Positions 1-10,292 of a DNA stretch of 64,000 nt are shown in pieces (position 1 is the stretch's first letter; each line of letters begins with the position of its first letter). The notes beneath the pieces are model-generated. The model saw only the letters and a program-made list of their open reading frames with translations, did no database searches and was not told the origin of the DNA. This DNA comes from Nitrospirota bacterium. GTDB lineage: Bacteria; Nitrospirota; UBA9217. The stretch lies in assembly GCA_963845065.1 (NCBI GenBank), contig CAWJQQ010000009.1, positions 768,001 to 832,000 of the forward strand, in the 5' to 3' direction. The translations under genes were made by a program, and so were the position numbers.

Positions 1-18
1 AGAACAAAAGCGTCAAGT

Positions 19-173
19 CTGACCACTCCCCATAGTTCAAGCTAGGGGGTTCTGACGGCAATACCGACAGTCTCTCTGGCAACAACGCAAACATTGCCAG
101 CCTCGACTGTCGTTGATCCGTCTTTGACGGGCGAGCAGCTCTGTCTCCGGTCTGCGCTTGTACTTACCTTCAT
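19..173 (-). mobile_element. Orphan right end and omegaRNA region of a family-A tnpB element (IS200/IS605 group)
   Basis: Reverse complement encodes RRQSCSPVKDGSTTVEAGNVCVVARETVGIAVRTP, matching the C-termini of the TnpBs at 20155-21708 and 50370-51905. It ends in GAAC-hairpin-GGTCAG like those elements. Confidence 0.85.
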
Positions 174-672
174 CCTGAAGGACATCAGAGAAGGCAAAGA
201 CTGGGGAAAGAGCGGAAACCAGCAGTTCCATAAATGGCCGTTTGACCGGATCGTCAGGATGCTTACGTACAAAGCCAGACTCAAAGGCATCCGCGTTGTA
301 GAAGAAAAGGGGCACTACACGAGCCAGACCTGCTGTGTATGCAACACAAGGGATAAGGCCAGCCGTGTGCATCGTGGTCTCTACGTTTGTAAGCATTGCG
401 GCGCCGTAATCCATGCTGACGTGAACGGAGCAGTCAACATTCTTAAAAAGTATCTCCCGGAACACAAAGGTGTCTCCTGGAGTAGTGGCTGTTTGGCACA
501 GCCTTCGGTCAACCGGTTCGCCTGGAGAAATACCAGGCCAGTAGCATCAGCCCATGAATCGGGGACGTGGCAAACATCTCTGCCGCATCCGAAAACAGAA
601 TCAGCAGTGGCTCTCAGTAGCAGGAGAGCCTGATTCGGGAATCCCCGTCCGTGAGGCAGGGGAGGATGTCAA
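174..672 (+). pseudogene. tnpB: 3' part of a family-B tnpB with right end (5'-truncated)
   Basis: About 97% identical by eye to 60418-60916 (roughly 15 differences in 499 bp). Zn finger CCVC/CKHC, HADVNGA, and right end GAAT-hairpin-GTCAA. Confidence 0.9.
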
Positions 673-853
673 CTCAGTGATACGACACTGTACTCATGAG
701 ACGGTACTCACAATGCTGCAATGCCTTTCGTTCTATCTAAATGTGATCGACCATGGCCCAAAAAGACAAAACTATGGTCTTGATATCGCATGAAGTACGG
801 GATTTGAGGCACGCAACGGGAGTCAGTCCTGAAAAGCAAGAATGGTCGCCGGC

Positions 854-1741
854 TTATCGCTCTCGTAATCTTCGGATGAGTTCTTCCAGTTTGTTGTCCG
901 CCTCAGCCGGAAGCAGGGTGCACGCGCCTGACCCTCGGTGTCCTCCACCTCCGAAATCGCTGCACAGGCGGCCAATATCGGTTGTGCACGTCCGGCTTAT
1001 GATGCTGTGGCCTACGGTAACGGCTATGGACTCCTTCCGCGGCCCCCATTGTAGTCGTACCGAAACATTGCATTCTGGATAGATGAGGTAGATGAGAAAC
1101 CGGTTGCCCACCGGAGGCTTTTCAACAGTCCTGAAATCCGTTACAATTACGTTACCGTCTGTCCTTGAGTGGTCCTGCAAGGCCTGCAGAGCTCTGAGGT
1201 CGTTTTCCTTGCAAAGACGAACTCGCCGTGAAATCTCCGGTGTCGCAAGAACTGCGTCTATATTGGAGGTTTTCAGAAGCTCCACCAACACCGAGAAAAT
1301 ACCCTTGTCGATTCCGAGGCCTGTTCGTGGATCGATTGTGAACCCGAGAAGAATCGCCCCCTGCGGGTTGGAAATATCCTCCACCGACAACTGCGCTGAG
1401 TCGAACCGGTCCGTTTCCACAATCAAAGGTTCATATCGCCTGAGTTTATCGGACCGGTAATAATCAAAGACCACTCTGGCCACGCTTGGCATCAGGGCAT
1501 GTTTCCCTCTGTAGATTTCCGGTGGTTTCCTGTTACTGTCGGTGAGTTCATGATGGTCGAACCACATCGCGCAAGCTGGATGATAGGGAAGATTGGCCAG
1601 AATATCTCCCACCCGGACATCGAACTTCCCATCTGTAATATCCTGGGGGTGAATGAGTTCCAGGGAGTCAACCGGTTCCATGGTGGTAATTTGTACGGCT
1701 GACACCACACCATCAAGATCGCCTCGTGTCACGAGTCTCAT
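854..1741 (-). CDS. DHH/DHHA1-superfamily phosphoesterase (exopolyphosphatase-like / nanoRNase-like)
   Basis: N-terminal RLVTRGDLDG, FDHH motif, C-terminal GGGGH; GGAG RBS. Confidence 0.8.
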   Translation of the reverse strand: MRLVTRGDLDGVVSAVQITTMEPVDSLELIHPQDITDGKFDVRVGDILANLPYHPACAMWFDHHELTDSNRKPPEIYRGKHALMPSVARVVFDYYRSDKLRRYEPLIVETDRFDSAQLSVEDISNPQGAILLGFTIDPRTGLGIDKGIFSVLVELLKTSNIDAVLATPEISRRVRLCKENDLRALQALQDHSRTDGNVIVTDFRTVEKPPVGNRFLIYLIYPECNVSVRLQWGPRKESIAVTVGHSIISRTCTTDIGRLCSDFGGGGHRGSGACTLLPAEADNKLEELIRRLRER

Positions 1742-1935
1742 CCGATTGCTCCTCCCGTTTTTTTTATTCGATTATAGCACTGCGAAGCTTCGGACGCAAC
1801 TGGGCAACCAGAAAGTGGGCAACCAGAAAGGCCACGATGGTGACAAACCACTAAGGTGGTCTTTCGTATTGGTTCCCATTATGTTATACTGTACCAAATC
1901 CGTGTAAACACATGCCAGGCTACGAGGATGAATTT

Positions 1936-2625
1936 ATGAAGAAGATTGTAATCAACGAAGCGATCGCCGCCAGCATCGACAAGGGATCGAGTATCTTGCA
2001 GCGCAAGGACATGAAACTGTTCACCGCGAGGACGAACGACGAGGCACTGTCTATTCACCGTGCGGAAAGAGTGAATCTCATTATCTCCCGGGTAGATTTG
2101 CCCGGTACAGCGTGCGAGCAGCTTTTTGCGCCGATGAGGAACGATGCCACGCTGCGATCAGTTTCCCTGCTCCTATTCTGTCTGGACCGACCTGGTGACA
2201 GAGTTCGAGCAGAACTGTGCAGACCGAACGCAATTATGGCACTGCCGGTTAACAGCGCACTCCTGCTCGAAAAAGCGGAATCCCTCCTGAATGTCCCAGC
2301 CAGAGAATCGTACCGCGTTCTCTTGAGCGCAAGCATCGTTGGCAGCAGCAGGGACCGGTCCTTTTTCTGCAGATCGGAAAACATCAGTGTAACGGGATTG
2401 CTGCTCGAAACGGAACGGAGCCTGTCGCTAGGTGACTGGTTGACCTGCTCGTTCTTTCTCCCTGATACCAAGCAAATCACTGTTGCAGGTGAAGTCGTGA
2501 GGATAATAAACCTAACAGACAAATCAGAAACGAAACGGTACGGCGTAAAATTTGGTAATGTTCCGCCGGAGGACATCGCAGCAATAGAAGCCTTTGTGAA
2601 GAAAAAAGCAGAGAAAATGCGGTAA
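1936..2625 (+). CDS. Degenerate receiver domain plus C-terminal PilZ domain protein
   Basis: RESYR (RxxxR) and ENISVTG (D/NxSxxG) PilZ motifs; N-terminal REC-like segment; start placed at the ATG after GAGG. Confidence 0.75.
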   Translation: MKKIVINEAIAASIDKGSSILQRKDMKLFTARTNDEALSIHRAERVNLIISRVDLPGTACEQLFAPMRNDATLRSVSLLLFCLDRPGDRVRAELCRPNAIMALPVNSALLLEKAESLLNVPARESYRVLLSASIVGSSRDRSFFCRSENISVTGLLLETERSLSLGDWLTCSFFLPDTKQITVAGEVVRIINLTDKSETKRYGVKFGNVPPEDIAAIEAFVKKKAEKMR

Positions 2626-2659
2626 TCGAAGGCGCGTGATCGAAATATTTTGCAGCGTG

Positions 2660-3030
2660 ATAGTGAAGTATAATTGTTTTGCCTATTCCAAGAGCGGAGA
2701 ACTACTTCTGCGTTATGAACTCCTGGTGACAAAAAACGTCATATTACGGAAGCAACACAAATCCTACCTTCAGCTTACCGATGGCGAGCGAAAAAACCTT
2801 GGTCTAAGATTGGAAAGCGGTGGTTATCAAAGGTAGTCCTTTTTGGGTAAAGAGCTCTTCGGCACGCATCATGGAAATATTATGAACATATTCATTGCGA
2901 GTGTTATCACTAAAGGATAGGCAAGATGCTATACTATGCGGCAAAATCAGTGCATAGGTATGGGCATCCTATCAAGTGTCGCGAGAGGCTGGATGGACGT
3001 CTCAAATATTATTACCATCCGGTTGCATGG
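2660..3030 (+). pseudogene. Internally deleted relic of an integrase-core (DDE) transposase
   Basis: Fragments ELLLRYELLVTKNVILRKQ..LQLTDGERK and IKCRERLDGRLKYYY resemble the N- and C-termini of a common integrase-core transposase. A related N-terminal fragment lies at about 55260-55410 (-). Confidence 0.55.
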
Positions 3031-3130
3031 TTTTTTTAGCGATGTGCTAAAGGTATCGTTACTAGTAGAAGTTTTCTGCACTGAGTAGATGATAGACATA
3101 TTCTAATGAAGAGAGGTTGGACAGACATCG

Positions 3131-4297
3131 ATGAAAAGTGAATCGGAACAGAGAATAATAAAGCTCCAACAGGAGCTGAAGGCCAAGGAGATCGACGGAG
3201 CCCTTTTTGTCTATCCCATTGATATTTATTATTTCAGTGGGACTCGGCAGAACTCTATACTTTGGATACCGGCGGATGGCGTTCCATTTCTCCTAGTTCG
3301 CAAGAGCCTCTCCCGTGCCCGGGCGGAAAGTTACATCGATGATACCCGTCCGTTTCCGTCAAGCAGAGAGTTTCCTGCTCTCTTTGGCGCGGAGATCAGA
3401 AAAATTGGTCTCACTTTTGACGCAGTGCCGGTTCAGCAGTTCAACTACTACACAAAGCTCTTCGCGGGACGGGAATTTGCTGACATTTCCGAGATCAACA
3501 GGGACATCCGCTCGGTCAAGTCGGCATGGGAACTGGAACAGATGCGCCACAGCGGTGCTCAAATAAGTCGCGCGTTCTCACAAGTACCCGAATTCATGAA
3601 ACCGGGAATGCGGGAGGTGGATCTTTCAGCCGAGTTCGAGCGGTGCCTTCGAAAGCTCGGAAATGAAGGGTACGTACGGATGCGAGCGTTCAACCAGGAG
3701 CTATTCCAGGGCCTGACAATGGCCGGCGAGAATGCCGCGACGCCCGGCTTCTTCGACGGGCCGGTTTCCGGCCGCGGACTCTCCAACGCATCTCCCCAAG
3801 GGGCTTCCACAGCGATTATCGAGCGGGATGTCCCAGTGTTTCTTGACTACACTAACATCTTCAACGGCTATATCGTGGATATGACGCGGATTTTTGTTTT
3901 CGGCAGTCTTGCGCTCGAGTTGGAGAAAGCTTTCGCGACTGCCCTCCGTATCCAGAAGTATCTGGCGGACAACCTGAAACCCGGGATCATCTGTGAACAC
4001 CTTTTTTCAAAGGCCGCGTCCATGGCGGAGGAGGCAGGTATTGGGAAAAACTTCATGGGAGCGCCTGGAGAGAATGCACGGTTCGTGGGTCATGGGGTCG
4101 GGCTTGAGCTCGACGAGCTTCCAGTCCTTGCCCAAGGGTTCAAGGCACAGCTTCAAAATGGTCAGACCATCGCCATCGAGCCGAAATTCGTCTTTCCAGG
4201 CCGTGGGGTGATAGGGATTGAGAATACCTTTGCGGTGAGTAGCGAAGGGGGAATAAAAATCACCGACTTTATGGATGATATCGTATATCTAAAATGA
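3131..4297 (+). CDS. Xaa-Pro peptidase family (M24) protein
   Basis: Creatinase-like N-domain; D..D, GHGVG, EP and GIE metal-ligand motifs. Confidence 0.9.
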   Translation: MKSESEQRIIKLQQELKAKEIDGALFVYPIDIYYFSGTRQNSILWIPADGVPFLLVRKSLSRARAESYIDDTRPFPSSREFPALFGAEIRKIGLTFDAVPVQQFNYYTKLFAGREFADISEINRDIRSVKSAWELEQMRHSGAQISRAFSQVPEFMKPGMREVDLSAEFERCLRKLGNEGYVRMRAFNQELFQGLTMAGENAATPGFFDGPVSGRGLSNASPQGASTAIIERDVPVFLDYTNIFNGYIVDMTRIFVFGSLALELEKAFATALRIQKYLADNLKPGIICEHLFSKAASMAEEAGIGKNFMGAPGENARFVGHGVGLELDELPVLAQGFKAQLQNGQTIAIEPKFVFPGRGVIGIENTFAVSSEGGIKITDFMDDIVYLK

Positions 4298-4390
4298 TAA
4301 AGAAAAGGTGAATGGGTAATGAGCTGACGTGCACCGGGAGGTCATTACGTAGCGTATTGCCAAAGCACAGCCCCTCATCCTGATCTCTAC

Positions 4391-5029
4391 TTGATGTCTA
4401 TGCGATCGAACGTTCCGAGAAATCGTTATAAGAAGCCCCAGCAACACCAGCGCAGTAGCGTGGAGGTCGACGTCGAATCGCTTCTGTCGCTTGAGAATTG
4501 CTGCAAAGGCTGCGTAAAGAGCGAACGGTGTTGTTGCTCGTCGTACGAGGTATGCATTACCACTGCAGAGATGAAGAGAATCATCAAGGTCCTGCCTGAA
4601 GCTGCCAAGTTCTGTCCCCACCTCCTAACTGCAGGGGGATACGACAACGTGTTCGAGCAAGAGGAACCCGGGTTTTTTTCCATCGACACAACCGAGGATG
4701 GACTCTGCCTCTTCGCCTACTGGTACCATCACCGGATCCATTGCTCTCTGCACACCGTCGCATTGACACTAGGCTTACCCCTTGCGCAAGTGAAGCCGAA
4801 GGTTTGCCTGCTCTGGCCTATGCACTTTTCGGAAGGCAATGAGGTTCTGGCCATGATCAACGATGCATTTTTGTTCAACTGCAATGTCCGGAAAGAGCCG
4901 GGTTCTCACAGTCTGAGCCCTGGCTTTGTCGAGGCAATCGAGCTGGTGTATGGCGAGGGGTGCGGTACCCAGGTAAAGCACGCGGCGGAGACCGGAGACC
5001 GACGCACGTTGCTTGTCATAAGGCGGTGA
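4391..5029 (+). CDS. Cys-rich YkgJ/DUF3109-like metal-cluster protein
   Basis: CxxCxxxxxCC, CLF, CSLH and KPxxCxLWP pattern; start uncertain. Confidence 0.6.
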   Translation: MMSMRSNVPRNRYKKPQQHQRSSVEVDVESLLSLENCCKGCVKSERCCCSSYEVCITTAEMKRIIKVLPEAAKFCPHLLTAGGYDNVFEQEEPGFFSIDTTEDGLCLFAYWYHHRIHCSLHTVALTLGLPLAQVKPKVCLLWPMHFSEGNEVLAMINDAFLFNCNVRKEPGSHSLSPGFVEAIELVYGEGCGTQVKHAAETGDRRTLLVIRR

Positions 5030-5899
5030 ATAATGTTCGAGGACATCTCAGGAGCGCTCATTTAAAGGGCAACGTCAAGCGAAAGTACCTACTCGCTGGC
5101 GCGATCCGGTACGTTTTTCACCGAGCCATTTCATTAACGATATGTTCAACATTGCCACGCTTCTATCCTGTTCGTGTTTTTATTCACTGAACTAGTTATC
5201 TCTACCAAAAGTCAGCAAGCCTCGATGGCCATCGGAATATGTTTCTACACATGATCCGCTTGTAAAGAACAGGCCGTTAATGTCAGCAATGCCCCAACTG
5301 CTGAACCGTTGACAACTCCTGTGCCCGGTGTTTTCCTACTCCGCCTCCTTTCGTGACTGAATAATAGGGATGTTATGATCCGCGTTCTGCTACTCACTGT
5401 CGATACTTTAGCATTGCAACTGTAAATATCAATGAAAAAGATTCAGGTATTATTCGAATTTGGGGTTGAGTAGGTTATATTCACGCTACGACGTTTAAAT
5501 GAAGTTTCTACTATAATATAATTACGTCAATCTTACTTCGGTGGGGATAGTGTAATTTCATAATAAGTTAATTATTCTGTAACAGAAAATTCATATAGTT
5601 GAAATACATTGATGTAAGTGGTTGCTACGTTGTATTTAGATTGTGGTAACTGCTATTACTTTGATGACATGATGTTGAAAGATGGATTAAAATCTTGCAG
5701 GCCGTCTAAAATCGGGATGATAGGTTCATAAGTGACAGTTGGTTGCTAAACGCTGGACAATTTTAGGACTGGCATAAAATCAGAGAATTAATAAGGTGAA
5801 ATAAACAATAATGTCTCAAAACGATAAACATTTCAAGACATCTAAAAGATATCGATCATGATTTTTTCAATCAAATTTGAGCATAAAAGGAGGTTCACT

Positions 5900-7972
5900 G
5901 TGAACCTGTATACGAAATTTTGTCTTGCCCTCGTCCTTGCAGTATCGCTGTTGCAGGTTGCTTGCATCCCTGGAATGTCCTCTAAATCGTTGACTATGGA
6001 TGATCATGCAAGGTATGAAGCGTGGCAAAAGCCCCCCATCACTGACCAGCCCGTTGTTGAGGCGGACGTCGCCCCATACATCAATGATTCAGCCTCGGAA
6101 CCCGAGCTGTCAAACGAATTGCTCGTGCAACTGTTGCAGGATAAAATCAAATATGTCTTTGTGATCTTCAACGAGAACCACTCGTTCGACAACGAATATG
6201 GCACGTTCCCGGGCGTTAACGGCCTCTACTCAGACGGCCAGAAGCCTCGTTCCTCCGAGAAAACGCCCGGCTTTACCCAAACCTACACGGACATCAATGG
6301 TTTGACCGTCACAGTACGGCCGTTCCGGCTCGGTCCCGAGCAGAACTCTACCGTCGTCGACAGCGTCGACCACTCTCACATCGGTCTCGCGACCAAAATC
6401 CACGTCGTTAATGGTGTGGCACAGATGGACAAGTTTGCTTACGACGAGTACACTCGCTTTGCATCAAAGGGAGGCGCGGCTAACGTAGATAAGGGCACGC
6501 AGTTCGGGCGTCTCGTAATGTCGTATATCGACTGCGATACCATTCCCTTCTTCTGGCAGTGGGCAAGTCGATTCACTATCTTTGACAACATCTATGCAAC
6601 TGAGGACACACCCTCCACCCCGAATGCGGTTGCAATGATTGCGGGGCAGTCGGGTGAAACGCAGTGGGTTAAGCACGGCCCGAACGGTCAGATCTATACC
6701 GTGGGCACCAACACTGGCACCACGCAAGGTCCACCGCTCGTCAAGGATCCACAACCCTTCTACGGTTCTCAGTTCGACATGACGACGTCGGACAAGCAAC
6801 CCGCTGGTGCGAAAGAGAACTACTCCAACAGCGACATCGCCTCAAACCTGACCTTCGCCAGTTTGCCGCTTACCTTCCAGGGCTTGAACATTGCGAAGGT
6901 GATGGAGCACAACCTGGATCCGGTTTTCGACCTGCCTGATATTCGGCAGGACATCCCTTACATCCAGCATTTAAAGATAAAGGCCGTCAATTGGCGATGG
7001 TATCAGGAGGGCTACGATCTTGAGTCCACAGACACGAACGGGGTAGCCTCGCACTTGTCCTACGTCAGCCACCACCAGGGGGCCCAGTATTTCGGCTATA
7101 TCGCTAACACGCCGCCTCTTCGCCAGAACTTCCGTGGCATGACCGACTTCTTTACAGACATGGCGAACAACGCTCTGCCCCATGGCGGCGTATTCTATAT
7201 CCGTGGAGGCTACATTAACCAGATGGGCCTGATGCCGCCGATCACAAACCCAAGTACAACGGGCCCGGAGGTTGCCGCGATTTACGCGGCGAAGGCAGGC
7301 GATGATGACCACCCAGGCTACACCGACCACCAACTGAGCGAGTCGATGGCAGCTCGTGTGATCAACGCGGTCGCGGCTAATCCGGAGATCTGGGAACGCT
7401 GTGCGATCATCATCACCTATGATGAGTCAGATGGATTCTATGACCATGTTCCTCCGCGCATCCTCTCCTATGGCCCTGACGGATTACCGCTTTCCCGTGG
7501 TATCCGCATCCCCCTGATCTTAATCTCGCCCTACGCGCGGACACATGTTGTTTCGCATATTGAGGGCGACCACAATGCGGTGATTGAAACTATCAACGAT
7601 GTCTTTGGTCTTCCCCCGCTCGCAAGCCTGCCAGATGAGGCTGAGGCACTCGCGGCTGGTAACTCAAAGGAATTTAACAAGTTTGGCCCACCTGGATTCG
7701 AGCAGAAGTACCTCGGGCCGCGCGACATCAATTCACCGATTACCGACAGCCTGTTATCGGGTTTTGATCCGAAGCGGCTGATGGGCATGTCGCCCCCGCT
7801 ACCGGCATCGTTCGCGATGATTCCGGATAGTGTCGTAAACACGCTGCCGCACTACAATGGGCACGGCTGTCAAGCGATCGGAATAACGCCTGAGGATAGC
7901 CGGCAGGGAATCGCCAACGATATCCCCGTGGGCTTCAACCCCCTTCCGAGCACCTATCCGGAGGCTAACTGA
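5900..7972 (+). CDS. Secreted phosphoesterase / phospholipase C family protein (probable lipoprotein)
   Basis: ENHSFDN, PSTPN, YDESDGFYDHVPP and GIRIP motifs; signal peptide ending QVAC; GTG start after GGAGG. Confidence 0.85.
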   Translation: MNLYTKFCLALVLAVSLLQVACIPGMSSKSLTMDDHARYEAWQKPPITDQPVVEADVAPYINDSASEPELSNELLVQLLQDKIKYVFVIFNENHSFDNEYGTFPGVNGLYSDGQKPRSSEKTPGFTQTYTDINGLTVTVRPFRLGPEQNSTVVDSVDHSHIGLATKIHVVNGVAQMDKFAYDEYTRFASKGGAANVDKGTQFGRLVMSYIDCDTIPFFWQWASRFTIFDNIYATEDTPSTPNAVAMIAGQSGETQWVKHGPNGQIYTVGTNTGTTQGPPLVKDPQPFYGSQFDMTTSDKQPAGAKENYSNSDIASNLTFASLPLTFQGLNIAKVMEHNLDPVFDLPDIRQDIPYIQHLKIKAVNWRWYQEGYDLESTDTNGVASHLSYVSHHQGAQYFGYIANTPPLRQNFRGMTDFFTDMANNALPHGGVFYIRGGYINQMGLMPPITNPSTTGPEVAAIYAAKAGDDDHPGYTDHQLSESMAARVINAVAANPEIWERCAIIITYDESDGFYDHVPPRILSYGPDGLPLSRGIRIPLILISPYARTHVVSHIEGDHNAVIETINDVFGLPPLASLPDEAEALAAGNSKEFNKFGPPGFEQKYLGPRDINSPITDSLLSGFDPKRLMGMSPPLPASFAMIPDSVVNTLPHYNGHGCQAIGITPEDSRQGIANDIPVGFNPLPSTYPEAN

Positions 7973-8210
7973 AAATGGATAAGGCAGGATGGTGTGCGTC
8001 CTCGTCGCATTCCACACTCCATACGCTATCGTTTTACTAACAAGGGGCGATTCGATCTGGATTATGATAAGCGAACACGCTACACAATTAGATGAGAAAA
8101 AGAAATATTGCAGCGAAGATTCAGATTACAATGCAATCTCTCGGCAACAAAAAGGAAAAAAATGAAGAAAAAAAGCAGTCGCTTTAGCCACCAGCTTGCG
8201 AGGAGGATCC

Positions 8211-9188
8211 ATGCGTTTCATGTTGGTTTTGCTAATCCTGATTTCAGTCTGCTGCATAATCTCCGTCGCTAAGGCGGGCTCCGTCGTTGATCGTGTGAAA
8301 ACACGCGGTATCGTCCGCTGTGCCAGCGTCGAACGGCCGGGCCTAGCAAGCGTTGACGGCGAAAAACATTGGACCGGCCTTAACGTCGACGTTTGCCACG
8401 GGATCGCCGCAGCTGTTCTTGGTTCTCCCGAGCTTATCGAATACCACGTATACGAAACGCCGAAAGATTTTGATGCCGTGCGCAACCAACAGGACGACGT
8501 TTTCTTCCTGACGGGCTCGGAGATCAATGAACAAAAACTGGCCGGCAAGGTGGTGCCCGGTCCCACTATCTTCGTGGAATCCCACGCGGTGATGACTGCA
8601 TCCACATCGACAGTGCACCATGTCGACGATCTTGCCGGAGACAGTATTTGCTTCCTGATCGGTAGCTCGGTCGAACGGAGCCTCTCGGCTTATTTCGTCA
8701 CGCTTAAGAAAGGTTGGCTACGGCGGGCATTCTCAGAGGACGGGGAGATGATCGATACCTACAATGTACAGAATTGCCACGCTATCGCCGGAGAAATCAC
8801 GACCCTTGCGGAGATCCGACTTGAGCGGGGCGTGAACCAGCTATCAAGCCGCATACTCCCGGAACCGCTGACGGCTTTCCCGGTAATGGCAACAACGGGA
8901 ACCGATGATGCGCAATGGTCCGCGATTGTCGCATGGACCGTTCACACACTGATCAGCGCGGAGAGACCGGAAATGCTGTGGTACGCAGGTGGTGCAGGGG
9001 CGATGCCGATTGCCGCGCCGGAGTTGGGTCTCGACAAGGAGTGGCAACTCCGCGTTCTCGCGGCCGTGGGGAACTATGGGGATATTTTTGAGCGACATCT
9101 GGGCAAGAACTCCCCGCTCAAACTCGACCGCGGTTTAAATGCAAACCAGCTCCGAGGAGGACTACTTCTAAGCCCGTTTCTTGATTGA
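8211..9188 (+). CDS. Amino-acid ABC transporter substrate-binding protein (AapJ/BztA-like), orphan
   Basis: VDVCHGIAAAVLG, VGNYGDIFERHLG and RGLNA motifs; signal peptide; GGAGG RBS. Confidence 0.8.
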   Translation: MRFMLVLLILISVCCIISVAKAGSVVDRVKTRGIVRCASVERPGLASVDGEKHWTGLNVDVCHGIAAAVLGSPELIEYHVYETPKDFDAVRNQQDDVFFLTGSEINEQKLAGKVVPGPTIFVESHAVMTASTSTVHHVDDLAGDSICFLIGSSVERSLSAYFVTLKKGWLRRAFSEDGEMIDTYNVQNCHAIAGEITTLAEIRLERGVNQLSSRILPEPLTAFPVMATTGTDDAQWSAIVAWTVHTLISAERPEMLWYAGGAGAMPIAAPELGLDKEWQLRVLAAVGNYGDIFERHLGKNSPLKLDRGLNANQLRGGLLLSPFLD

Positions 9189-9597
9189 CTCGAAAAGCTG
9201 CCATTGTAATTGACACAGATTTTGAGGAAATCCTCTATGTCTTTTTGTTTTATAAATTACAACTTCTTAATGAATTTATTCAATTCATCTTCTTGTTAAG
9301 ACACTGGACCTAATAGCATGTTATTGCTAGAATTACAACGAATGAGAAAAATCAAAATAAGGTAGGAACGGTGAAGGAGTAGACACTTTGACTTAGCACG
9401 GACAATTCAGCTTTTATAATTTATCATAAGCAACTTATTGAAGCACCTCATACAATTAGTGAAAATTCGTTTAGTCATCTGAAGGCAATCTAGATTCTTG
9501 AGATTGTGGCATATAGTATGAACTCATTCTAGAATTCAGCGGCAGCAGTTGCATAGCGAAAGATCTTCTGATCTACACCGGAAATGGAGAGTGACGT

Positions 9598-10008
9598 CTA
9601 TTCATTGGTTGAGACCATTAGCCGTTCCTTATCCTTGAACAGCATATCGCATTTATTGGCATAGAGCTTCATTACAATACCCTTGCCAAACGTTTGGTGA
9701 TTGACAATGTCGCCTATGCGGTATTTCGATGTCATGCTGTAATCGCATTCTTTTCCTTTCGCTTCCGCAAGGCCGGCTTCCCAGATAATCTCCGTTGTTG
9801 CTGCTTCTCCAACGCCTCTTTTCGCTCTCGGTTTCCGGACTTTTTGAGCGTCAAGAGGGCTCCTGAATTTGTGCGAACTGCCACAACTTTTACATCTCAC
9901 TTTGGAGACCACCTCTCCATTCATCGCCATGATGGTATGATCGAGATTTAGCTTGCACTTCCCGCAATAGGAGTCGATGTTTTGACCTGCCAAATAATTT
10001 TCCACCAT
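9598..10008 (-). CDS. Small protein with Zn ribbon and C-terminal Tudor-like motif
   Basis: CGKC...CKSC pairs; GDIVNHQTFGKGIV; GAGGAGG RBS. Confidence 0.7.
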   Translation of the reverse strand: MVENYLAGQNIDSYCGKCKLNLDHTIMAMNGEVVSKVRCKSCGSSHKFRSPLDAQKVRKPRAKRGVGEAATTEIIWEAGLAEAKGKECDYSMTSKYRIGDIVNHQTFGKGIVMKLYANKCDMLFKDKERLMVSTNE

Positions 10009-10245
10009 ACTGCCTCCTCATAATGCCGCTATTGTTTCGTACAGATATCAGTCTTTGAAATTGCTCGAAAATAGGGGTGGATTCGAAACCGTCAGAATTC
10101 TATCTATCCTTTTTATTTATATAGACATCATATGGACATCATACATTGTATTTGAGAAAAAAGCTCTAACTCATTTTGTAAAAAACGGGCTAAACGTCTG
10201 CGTTCAGAATGAATTGCTGTTTTTTGATAATTTGACCGAAGTTTT

Positions 10246-10292
10246 TGCAACTTCAAAAGCTCCTAGATTTAACCATGGGGATAGGAGTTGCA
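10246..10292 (+). repeat. Isolated IS200/IS605 left-end-like hairpin
   Basis: AAAG-CTCCTAG-ATTTAA-CCATGGGG-AT with basal TGCAAC/GTTGCA stem; resembles the family-A left end. Confidence 0.55.
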
